This document shows, one piece after another, positions 16,579 through 24,368 of a stretch of DNA of 32,000 nucleotides. Origin of the DNA: Polynucleobacter sp. JS-Mosq-20-D10. GTDB lineage: Bacteria; Pseudomonadota; Gammaproteobacteria; Burkholderiales; Burkholderiaceae. Both the position numbers and the translations under genes were made by a program. Location of the stretch: the NCBI RefSeq assembly GCF_018687755.1, contig NZ_CP061305.1, positions 2,019,788 through 2,051,787 of the forward strand, in the 5' to 3' direction. Under the pieces are notes generated by a model. The model was not told the DNA's origin. It made no database searches and saw only the letters and a program-made list of their open reading frames with translations. The first letter of the stretch is position 1. The number at the start of each line of letters is the position of its first letter.

Positions 16579-17370
16579 ATGAATACACTTATGAACGCAG
16601 CAGAAGTAACAGTAACTAGCAATGTCGTTTTAAACGACAAACCAGCACAAACTGCTGGAAATTCCAATGTAGTAGTTAATGCGACTAAATTGCTTGCCGG
16701 CATGGAAGCAAAGCGCATTTCATGGGAACAAGGTGCATATAGAACTAGTAATTTAGAGCTCTATAACGTTTTAGCTGAATGCCTACTATTTGCAGGCGAA
16801 CTATCTGTTAGCGAGTCTAAACAGCGTAGTGCCGCATTAGAAGCATTCTTCAAGGAGCGTGGGTATAAGTACAAGAAGGACTCACACATCATTGCTCGTG
16901 TAGTTCGCGCTGTATTTGGCAATATTGACCGTCGCCGTATCAGCACGTACGTCTTGGTACTACGCCAAGCTCAAAAGTCCAAAGTTGAAGCAACGCAATT
17001 AGCACAGTGGATTGAAGATAACCATGGCATTCAAGAAATCAAGCTTGCGCGTAGTGCCACTTTTATCAGCCCTACAGTAAAAGCATCTATCGCTAAAGCA
17101 GACTTTGAAAACCTGCCAGTACTAGCAATTGCTAAGTCTGAGCAACTTAGTCAGCTTGCTGATGCTGGATTCGTTGGTGAGGATTGTGTGCTTATTGCAC
17201 AGCAACTGGCTGATGGTAGCTTTGCCATTCGTGCATTGGTACGCAAAGAAGGTGCAGTCAATGCGGCTTTCACAGCATTGTATGGCGATATCAAATCGCA
17301 AGAGGTTGCCGCCAAGAAAGAAGTGGATGCGGCTAATGATGCTGATGGCGCTATTGCTAAACAAGCGTAA
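16579..17370 (+). CDS. Hypothetical protein, first gene of the plus-strand module
   Basis: 263 aa with no recognisable motif. Contains one copy of the 17-bp palindrome in frame (NVVLNDK). Confidence 0.6.
   Translation: MNTLMNAAEVTVTSNVVLNDKPAQTAGNSNVVVNATKLLAGMEAKRISWEQGAYRTSNLELYNVLAECLLFAGELSVSESKQRSAALEAFFKERGYKYKKDSHIIARVVRAVFGNIDRRRISTYVLVLRQAQKSKVEATQLAQWIEDNHGIQEIKLARSATFISPTVKASIAKADFENLPVLAIAKSEQLSQLADAGFVGEDCVLIAQQLADGSFAIRALVRKEGAVNAAFTALYGDIKSQEVAAKKEVDAANDADGAIAKQA
16623..16639. repeat. 17-bp palindrome, perfect, inside a CDS
   Basis: tgtcgttttaaacgaca within ORF 16579-17370. Confidence 0.9.
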
Positions 17371-17378
17371 TTAAAAAC

Positions 17379-17403
17379 ATGGGGGTGTTATGAGCACCCC
17401 CAT
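17379..17403 (+). other. Intra-operon 9-bp hairpin between the 263-aa gene and the AAA+ gene
   Basis: atgggggtg-ttatgag-cacccccat, with no U-run. Confidence 0.5.
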
Positions 17404-17430
17404 ATAAACAAATAACCGAAAGGAATCAAA

Positions 17431-18099
17431 ATGTTTATTAGAAAGGATTTTAAATATGAGCCCAACCAAATTGGTGACATCATCTGGGGCAATGCTGAGA
17501 GTCGTTTGCGAATCGAAGATATTGTCAGTGGTGCCGAAGCATTACCTTACTGCGGCAAATCAGCCATTCTTCTTTACGGAGTCTTTGGTACCGGCAAAAC
17601 CACACTCGCAAAGATGCTACCTAACGCAATTGAAAAAGGTAGAAGTGGCGAAAGCTTAGGCTTTGAAGCTGAATTTATTGGATGCCAGCAAGGATTCAAT
17701 GGCCCACAGGTAATGACGCTTATTGAAAGAATACTAAGTAAAACATCGTTCAATGCCAGCGGACTTCATTACTTCATACTAGACGAGGTGGATAACTTAT
17801 CTAGTCTGGCTCAGCAAAGTTTGAAATCAGCACTCAATACTGACAGGGGCATATTCATTCTCACAACAAACAATATCTCCGAGCTCGATAAGGGCTTGAA
17901 GGACAGGTGCGTGTTAGTTGAAATGAATGCCGCGCCAGTTAGCTCTTATCTACCACTGGCTAAGAGTTTAATAAGTGATATGGGTATTGTTATGAGTGAC
18001 ATTGACTTATTGCCTACTATTTCTGCGGCCAATGGATCTTTACGAAATCTCATACGTAACGTGGAAAGACTTGCTCGACGTAATAAGGGGGTCTTATGA
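17431..18099 (+). CDS. Compact AAA+ ATPase, clamp-loader/RFC-like core
   Basis: Walker A GVFGTGKT, Walker B FILDEVD, sensor-1 ILTTNN, SRC-like KDRCVLV. AAGGA RBS. Confidence 0.8.
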   Translation: MFIRKDFKYEPNQIGDIIWGNAESRLRIEDIVSGAEALPYCGKSAILLYGVFGTGKTTLAKMLPNAIEKGRSGESLGFEAEFIGCQQGFNGPQVMTLIERILSKTSFNASGLHYFILDEVDNLSSLAQQSLKSALNTDRGIFILTTNNISELDKGLKDRCVLVEMNAAPVSSYLPLAKSLISDMGIVMSDIDLLPTISAANGSLRNLIRNVERLARRNKGVL

Positions 18100-18275
18100 A
18101 GCAAATATGGATCGTTCAACCGAAAGACGATAGGTGTCTTGTAAATGCTTATGACAATGAGGCGGCAGCAAGGGATTGTGCTGATTTTTATAGAGGCTGG
18201 ATTGTTAAATGCTATTCGGTTAATGTCGAATCAGAATTTATAAATCCAGACGATTGGGGAGATGACGACGATTAA
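18096..18275 (+). CDS. Small protein (59 aa) with acidic tail, translationally coupled to the AAA+ gene
   Basis: Not in the track (under 60 aa). Its ATG overlaps the upstream TGA (ATGA at 18096-18099). MKQIWIVQPKDD...DDWGDDDD. Followed by the terminator at 18306. Confidence 0.5.
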   Translation: MKQIWIVQPKDDRCLVNAYDNEAAARDCADFYRGWIVKCYSVNVESEFINPDDWGDDDD

Positions 18276-18305
18276 CAATTAGGCAACATGCACACACCAT
18301 CTTAA

Positions 18306-18331
18306 AGCCCGCTTATTAGCGGGCTATTTTA
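18306..18331 (+). terminator. Rho-independent terminator of the plus-strand AAA+ module
   Basis: agcccgct-tatt-agcgggct, followed by attttattt. Confidence 0.75.
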
Positions 18332-18333
18332 TT

Positions 18334-18350
18334 TGTCGTTTTAAACGACA
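18334..18350. repeat. 17-bp palindrome, perfect
   Basis: tgtcgttttaaacgaca, between the convergent operon ends and followed by a T-run. Confidence 0.9.
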
Positions 18351-18362
18351 TTTTTTCTATTC

Positions 18363-19358
18363 CTACAAATTGAGAGATTCCAAGTAGACTTCATCTCCCC
18401 GCCTCTTAATTAAAGTATTTGATAAAAGTCCGACCGTATTTGCATCCTTAAATACGTTTAAAAAGATCTCATCTGCTGAGTTATTAGAATTTGTAAACTT
18501 AGCCATCGCAAGCGATAAAAGTCCTCTTGCAGATATAAATTGGATGTTGTGCTTCAAAATACTTTTATAGAAATTCTGGGATAAATTCCCCACCTTGCTA
18601 GAACACAACTCATGATCTTGCGGAAGCAGATCCTTCTCATCATCACCAATTAGGAGCAATTTAATTGAGGAAACTTTGTATTTGCTTTCGAGCTTTAGCC
18701 CAGATAGCTCCTCGTCATATGCCAATATTTGTGACTCATATCTTCCTTCGGCCATAAGCTTTTTTAGCCCAATTTTTGCTTCCATGACAATTAAAGTGTC
18801 TTTCGCTAGCACACATATATCTAGACGCCCGTTACGATCTCTACCTCCAATCGTGAGGGGAATTTCTAAACCAATCTTTTCATTAATGCCAAATAGGTAT
18901 CTAGCAGTATTACCGCCCCATATCGATATATTTGTTGTTTCATGTATACCAGTATATTTTTCGAAACTTTTGTATTTGACGTTAAGGCTATCCAAAGAAT
19001 TTTCGGAGAAGCTAATAAGATGGGCTTTAATTTCTGCTAATTCGACCTTGGTATGCCCACTAAAGCTCGAGCAAGATGGAACTGCCTTAAGGCCATCTGA
19101 GAAGTTAATTTTTCCACCGGGACAGCTAAACGCACATGAGCCACATGAGAGGCACTGATCTTGATCAATACTAATTGCGTTTAATGCTCTATCGTAAGAA
19201 ATGCAGTTGATCTCGGTTGTTAATAACTCATCTTTGCTATTAACCACACCTTCGTCACCAAGAAAAATGGGCAGGTTTTTATAGATCTTATGCGTAAAGA
19301 CCAAGCATGGCGGGAGGCCATCGCCGCCAACGGGAGTCAGTTTATAACTACATGTCAC
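18363..19358 (-). CDS. Fe-S-motif protein with PD-(D/E)xK-like nuclease core (candidate restriction/effector nuclease)
   Basis: CLSCGSCAFSCP (CxxCxxCxxxCP) at about aa 69-80. GRLDICVLAKDTLIVMEAKIG gives D-x13-E-x-K. The GTG start overlaps the upstream stop (GTGA). Confidence 0.65.
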   Translation of the reverse strand: MTCSYKLTPVGGDGLPPCLVFTHKIYKNLPIFLGDEGVVNSKDELLTTEINCISYDRALNAISIDQDQCLSCGSCAFSCPGGKINFSDGLKAVPSCSSFSGHTKVELAEIKAHLISFSENSLDSLNVKYKSFEKYTGIHETTNISIWGGNTARYLFGINEKIGLEIPLTIGGRDRNGRLDICVLAKDTLIVMEAKIGLKKLMAEGRYESQILAYDEELSGLKLESKYKVSSIKLLLIGDDEKDLLPQDHELCSSKVGNLSQNFYKSILKHNIQFISARGLLSLAMAKFTNSNNSADEIFLNVFKDANTVGLLSNTLIKRRGDEVYLESLNL

Positions 19359-20527
19359 TTTAGCCTAGCATTTATATCTGCAAGTAGTGCGGCGGGAGCG
19401 CCTAAACTCAATTCATTCAAGTCTATTTCGTTCATTGGTCGTAATACTTGCCCCGATCTTTCTACAATAATTCCCGCAGAATTAGCAATTTGGATTTCAA
19501 TCAGCACTACCTTCTTTAGCTCTGCTAAATTCAAAACATATAAGTCGGGATTGCCTTTTAAAAAATCTACTAGCGCATCTATCGATACTGTTTGGCTTTT
19601 TTTGAAAGCATTGTTTAGTAAATATAAAATTGCAAAACGCCTGTTTTGTATCACGGCTGTAGATTGCATTGTTGCCTCTCTCACCTCAGCCTGATTATTT
19701 TCGCGTAATGCCTTAGAGTTTTTTGTCAAATTGTTATAGTCGAGCGTTCTCTTAACGCAAAAATTATTCTGTGTAATTTTTGGAATATCTAGAACCTTAA
19801 ACATTCTTTTTCCCCTCTTTTTAGCAAGAATGTATGGTGCAGAATCTATATGTGCATTTTTTGCGCTATATGCCGGAAAATCCACTGGCTTGAAAAAGCC
19901 GGCGGAAATTCCCCATGCAATTAAGCAGGACCTCGTTCTAGTATTGCTATCTTGCTCGGATCCGCTTGAAATGGTGATTCGACTTCCGTTATAAGTTACT
20001 TTTTCTTCTGTAATTGGGTAGCCTACAACTAGCTCAGATGTGTCAAATTCATCTGTATTTTTTTGTAATATCTGCCCTAATAAACCAACCATTGGTCCAT
20101 AACTTAATACTGCCTTCACAATAATTGGGTGCATGTCCGCGGAATTGAAATCTGTCTCTGCAAACTTCTTTCCTAGTGGGGTTAGGGTCACAGCGCCCTT
20201 ATTGTCTCTAGTGACCAACCCTAAGCCATGGAGGCTATTTCCAGTATTGCTTACTTCTTTTGACTTTGTAGCGTCAATATCAATGCTATTAGTTAGAGCA
20301 CAGCCAGACTTATCAAGCGCCGCCTTATAGCGACAGTGCTGTATCCCCAAATTTGCTTTTTTTGTTAAGTAGTCACAGAAGGAGTGAATATTTACTGCGT
20401 TTACATTGAATTTAATCTCATTAAACCTAAATGAACTAGTCGTATTAAATTTATTGTTTATTAGCTTGCACATACTGTGCAAACACTGAAATCTAGCCGC
20501 TGGATTTCGATTGATTAAAAATGCCAC
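19355..20527 (-). CDS. Unknown 390-aa protein of the methyltransferase operon
   Basis: The long ORF overlaps both neighbours. The start is uncertain (GTG 20527 or ATG 20473). LHGLGLVTRDNKGAVTLTPLGKKF looks like a winged-helix element. Confidence 0.6.
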   Translation of the reverse strand: MAFLINRNPAARFQCLHSMCKLINNKFNTTSSFRFNEIKFNVNAVNIHSFCDYLTKKANLGIQHCRYKAALDKSGCALTNSIDIDATKSKEVSNTGNSLHGLGLVTRDNKGAVTLTPLGKKFAETDFNSADMHPIIVKAVLSYGPMVGLLGQILQKNTDEFDTSELVVGYPITEEKVTYNGSRITISSGSEQDSNTRTRSCLIAWGISAGFFKPVDFPAYSAKNAHIDSAPYILAKKRGKRMFKVLDIPKITQNNFCVKRTLDYNNLTKNSKALRENNQAEVREATMQSTAVIQNRRFAILYLLNNAFKKSQTVSIDALVDFLKGNPDLYVLNLAELKKVVLIEIQIANSAGIIVERSGQVLRPMNEIDLNELSLGAPAALLADINARLK

Positions 20528-20993
20528 TAAATTTGCCTGACTTGAGATTTTTTATATCCTCAAATCTTATATCAGGAAGCTGATCCCTAGCAAATTTATC
20601 AGTTATGGCCTTTTGAGTGATATCAGGGTAAATAACCAATCCTTTATAGAGCTTCTTATTTACATTGCCCTCAGCACTTGAAATGATTGTTTGAAGCTCG
20701 AGAGCGGCCTCATCTACTCGTTTTGAGCTAGTGAATTTACAAAGAACAACAAATTCATCAATCTTAAAGACCATTTCTATACGCTTTGGCCTGCTGCCAT
20801 AAGGAAACTTCACGGACAAAAAGACTTTCGTTTTAATTACCCCCTCAACATCGAAAGCATGATTTATTAACTGTTGATCTTTATCTAGGTCTGCATAATC
20901 AATTAAGCATTCGCGTACAACCCCGTCTGGCTCCCCAATAACTATTGATGCCAATGTGGAGTTGAAGTTAAATTTATTTGATATCAATTTCAT
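20493..20993 (-). CDS. Unknown 166-aa protein of the methyltransferase operon
   Basis: The ATG at 20993 overlaps the upstream MTase gene by 20 nt. No recognisable motif. Confidence 0.55.
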   Translation of the reverse strand: MKLISNKFNFNSTLASIVIGEPDGVVRECLIDYADLDKDQQLINHAFDVEGVIKTKVFLSVKFPYGSRPKRIEMVFKIDEFVVLCKFTSSKRVDEAALELQTIISSAEGNVNKKLYKGLVIYPDITQKAITDKFARDQLPDIRFEDIKNLKSGKFSGIFNQSKSSG

Positions 20994-21822
20994 ATTGCTG
21001 ACCTACTGCGTTCAGCTTTCTTTTAATAAGCGGCGCATAGTCAGCATTTAACTCGTAACCGATCGCCTTACGACCTAGGGCTAGGGCCATTTTCGCCGTA
21101 GTACCAGTGCCCATAAATGGATCAAGGACCGTATCCCCCCAAAAACTATATAACTTAATCAAGCGTTTTGGTAACTCATCTGGGAAAGGGGCTGGATGCT
21201 CCTCAGACTTTGCCTTAGCTGGCTGCATTTCCCAGATAGAATTGATTGCCCAGTCTTGCCACTCTTTTGTAGTCAGCTTTGATTTTTCCTTAATCTCTTT
21301 TGGGACTGGCTCTCTTTTCCCTTTTTTAGAAAAAACTGTAATCCACTCATAAGGGTACGTAGTAAAGATATTTGGTGGATATGGATAACTGCCAAATGAA
21401 CTAAATCTTACGATTTTTCTCTTATCCCATATGAACAAGCCAAACTGATACATCTCGTTTGTTTCAAACATAAACCTGCTGATGTCATCCAATACCAATC
21501 TTGTCTCTCGACGATCAAATCTTGCGGCCTTACCCGTCAACAAGAATGGCATGATGTTTATGCAGAGCTTTCCATCTGGAGCCAATACTCTTATGCACTC
21601 TTTCCAAACCTTATTTAATTCTTCAATATAGGCTTCGTATGAAGTGCTACCAGTTCCAATTTGGGCATCATTGTCATAGTCTTTCAGTGTCCAATATGGC
21701 GGGCTAGTTATTACAAGATTGACTGAGCCGTCTTTAATATCAGACATATCTTGTGACGACTTAATATAAATTTGTGCGTCACCAATCTGAAAGCTAGTAT
21801 CTTTTGTTTTTACTTTTGCCAT
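20974..21822 (-). CDS. DNA methyltransferase, N4/N6 family, beta-type motif order (IV then I)
   Basis: VITSPPYW near the N-terminus. HPAPFPDELPKRLIKLYSFWGDTVLDPFMGTGTTA near the C-terminus. Confidence 0.9.
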   Translation of the reverse strand: MAKVKTKDTSFQIGDAQIYIKSSQDMSDIKDGSVNLVITSPPYWTLKDYDNDAQIGTGSTSYEAYIEELNKVWKECIRVLAPDGKLCINIMPFLLTGKAARFDRRETRLVLDDISRFMFETNEMYQFGLFIWDKRKIVRFSSFGSYPYPPNIFTTYPYEWITVFSKKGKREPVPKEIKEKSKLTTKEWQDWAINSIWEMQPAKAKSEEHPAPFPDELPKRLIKLYSFWGDTVLDPFMGTGTTAKMALALGRKAIGYELNADYAPLIKRKLNAVGQQYEIDIK

Positions 21823-22844
21823 ACGATGATCTGCTCTTTTCTGGCTGTTTTATTAATTTCATCAAATACTTGAGATGTTGAATTTGTATAGGTTCTTTCT
21901 ACAACCTCAAGCAACTTAAAGGGAGTTAGCTTATTAAAAAATTCCCCTCCATTTATAACTTTTCCGTGAATTTTTTTATCCCCCACCACAAAAATTATTT
22001 TTGCGCCTGGCTTGCACACCAGATACAAATCGTCTAATACTTCTTTCATGCTTTTTTCATAAGTATTAAATTTTTGTATCAAAGAGTCCCGAATGGAATC
22101 TCGTTTTACATCAAAAATATCGTAAATAATTTTTGCATAGTAAGCCGTGTAATCTAGGCAATCAAAATATGGTGGGCTGGTAAAAATATAGTCTACCGAA
22201 TTCTTTGGCAATATCTTTGAAACTTGTCTAGCATCTGAATAGTAGATCTTTGAATTATTCTTCTCTAGAGGATAAAAATGCTTCTTCAGCTTGTTAAGAA
22301 AGCATTCATAAAAATCAATAAATTTCTTAGGTTCAATATTTTTTCCAACAGAGCTTGATGTCCACATGTAGTGATTGCAACCCCTAGCCGTCAAGCAAAC
22401 AGCCCCCATAAAGCAAGACTTTAAATACGCGGGCATATCACCATAAAAGCTTGCTATGGCTGCGATTTGGTCCCCACTCTTTTCATGAAAATAAAATTGG
22501 GCTTGAGTGGAGAGCTTTTTCTTACCCTCAATTTTCTTTGCTTTATCAATAAATGTATTTGCAACTGAGAGCATCTCTTCTTTTTGGTGGGGAATATTAA
22601 GCTTACCCTCTGCAATTGTTACAGCAACTGGATTCATATCGAACCCAACAACATCCATTCCAAGTTTTGCGCCTTCGTAGAGTATGGTGCCAGATCCACA
22701 GAAAGGGTCCAATAAGATTGAATTCTTATCAAATTGCCCCACAATCTTTTGAGCATCTATAGAGGAAATTTTTCCTCTATACGGATACATCCCATGGACT
22801 GACTTAGGGTTATTAACTGAAGTTAAGGTCTCAAATTTGAACAT
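21810..22844 (-). CDS. DNA methyltransferase, N4/N6 family, permuted order (I then IV)
   Basis: HGMYPYRGKI...LLDPFCGSGTILYEGAKLG at aa 17-62. FTSPPYFD at about aa 220. Overlaps the next MTase gene by 13 nt. Confidence 0.85.
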   Translation of the reverse strand: MFKFETLTSVNNPKSVHGMYPYRGKISSIDAQKIVGQFDKNSILLDPFCGSGTILYEGAKLGMDVVGFDMNPVAVTIAEGKLNIPHQKEEMLSVANTFIDKAKKIEGKKKLSTQAQFYFHEKSGDQIAAIASFYGDMPAYLKSCFMGAVCLTARGCNHYMWTSSSVGKNIEPKKFIDFYECFLNKLKKHFYPLEKNNSKIYYSDARQVSKILPKNSVDYIFTSPPYFDCLDYTAYYAKIIYDIFDVKRDSIRDSLIQKFNTYEKSMKEVLDDLYLVCKPGAKIIFVVGDKKIHGKVINGGEFFNKLTPFKLLEVVERTYTNSTSQVFDEINKTARKEQIIVWQK

Positions 22845-22870
22845 TTTTATTTCTATTTTTTTACTGTTTC

Positions 22871-22876
22871 ATTATA
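22871..22876 (-). promoter_or_regulatory. Candidate -10 box (TATAAT on the minus strand) for the MTase operon
   Basis: Perfect TATAAT 27 nt upstream of the ATG at 22844. The -35 region is poor and is overlapped by the palindrome at 22892-22908. Confidence 0.3.
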
Positions 22877-22891
22877 TGGCCTCGATCTTCA

Positions 22892-22908
22892 TGTCGTTTA
22901 AAACGACA
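22892..22908. repeat. 17-bp palindrome, perfect (19 bp with flanks)
   Basis: a tgtcgtttaaaacgaca t. Lies 10 nt 3' of the integrase stop and upstream of the MTase operon. Confidence 0.9.
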
Positions 22909-22917
22909 TTGTGAGTT

Positions 22918-24192
22918 TTAGGCCAATTGCTCAGCCGCCATAGTAGGAGTTAGCTTTGAATAGTGCCGCTCAATCATGGCCGCACTATTGCCCATTTGTT
23001 TTGCCAGCGTATGAATATCAGTCTTATTTTCTAATAACTCTAAAGTAGCATAGGTATGACGTAGTGAATACAAGGTACGCATCTGCCCATCTTGACTCAT
23101 CGCTAGTCCACTATCTCTCATGAGCTTCTTGAATGTGCCATCTATGCGTAAAGGTTGATGCCCATCTGCCATCACAAATATCCTCTGTGGCGTACGTGTT
23201 TCAAACAGCCTATCGAATGGAATGTCATATACCGCCTTTTGGCGACTATGTAATCTCTTGAGGACATCAACAGCCCTATGCTTGGCTATGAGCCAACGCC
23301 CTCCAGTTTTGCCATCTACCCATATGCGCAAATACTTCTTGCCATCATTGGTATGCCATTCAATATTGTTCCAGCAGATATTGAGCGCTTCAGTGCCATG
23401 CCGCATACCGGTTAGTAACAGCATCTCTACGTAATCACGCACTAATGGGCGAATCTCACGCTCTATCTCAAGGCGACCTTCTTTAGCCCATCTCTCCATA
23501 TAGTCAAATAACTTAGTAATCTCTTCGCGACTAAAGGCAGGGCGGGTTTTGCCTTTATGCCCTCGAGTAGTTAATTTAGGTATTGCCACACGCTCACTAA
23601 TCCAACCTTTATTAACTGCCGTCTGCTGTAGCTTTGCCCATGCACTGGCAAAGTTCATTAAAGTACTGGATTTGGGTACTAGCCGCATCTGCCTATTACG
23701 CCAAATCTCAAACTCGTGAACATCTGTATAAGTAATTTCCTCAAGTCGCTTATCCATGAAATAAGGCAAGAAGTATTTCTCAATACAGGTGATGTAGCTT
23801 AGATAAACACTCTTGCCTATACCCTCACCCAAATCACGCCGCATTTCATAAAGCGTGGTGTGCGCTATTTCTGCAAACGTGGGTGACTTTTGTGCAAGCC
23901 CCAGTCTTTGGCGAAATCTGGCCTCATCATATAAATCACAGGCAACTCGGACAGCATGCTCAATTGAAGCTTGCTTGGTTGAGACTCTATCCCATGTGTT
24001 GTCATGTCGTTTAAAACGACATTGCCAGAGAGGGCTACTAGGCCTACGAAAGAGAACTACGTCGCCGTCACGTAAATAAAGCTCTGTAGGCTCTACGTAT
24101 TTGAGATGGCTTAGGGCTGTGAGCTGGGATTCTTGGAGTGGTGAGGAGATTACTTCTAGGTGACTTTCGGTTACTTTGATTACCTTAGTCAC
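22918..24192 (-). CDS. int: Tyrosine integrase (phage-integrase family)
   Basis: 424 aa. LLTGMRHGTE (Arg I), YSLRHTYAT (HxxR), IERHYSKL (His, Tyr). GTG start in the track. Confidence 0.9.
   Translation of the reverse strand: MTKVIKVTESHLEVISSPLQESQLTALSHLKYVEPTELYLRDGDVVLFRRPSSPLWQCRFKRHDNTWDRVSTKQASIEHAVRVACDLYDEARFRQRLGLAQKSPTFAEIAHTTLYEMRRDLGEGIGKSVYLSYITCIEKYFLPYFMDKRLEEITYTDVHEFEIWRNRQMRLVPKSSTLMNFASAWAKLQQTAVNKGWISERVAIPKLTTRGHKGKTRPAFSREEITKLFDYMERWAKEGRLEIEREIRPLVRDYVEMLLLTGMRHGTEALNICWNNIEWHTNDGKKYLRIWVDGKTGGRWLIAKHRAVDVLKRLHSRQKAVYDIPFDRLFETRTPQRIFVMADGHQPLRIDGTFKKLMRDSGLAMSQDGQMRTLYSLRHTYATLELLENKTDIHTLAKQMGNSAAMIERHYSKLTPTMAAEQLA
24005..24021. repeat. 17-bp palindrome, perfect (19 bp with flanks), inside the integrase CDS
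   Basis: a tgtcgtttaaaacgaca t, encoding CRFKRHD on the minus strand. Confidence 0.9.
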
Positions 24193-24368
24193 GATCCTAA
24201 GGCTGAAATTCTTTTTTCATATAGCTATATTAAATTCTGAGTTTTATTTGGACAACCTAGCCTTGTAATGTCGCTTCAAAAAACATTTTGCAGATTTATA
24301 TAACAGGCTCATTTAATGAGCTTTGCAGTCATTAAGCTTACTATTCCCAACAAATTTGAGGGGTAGTC

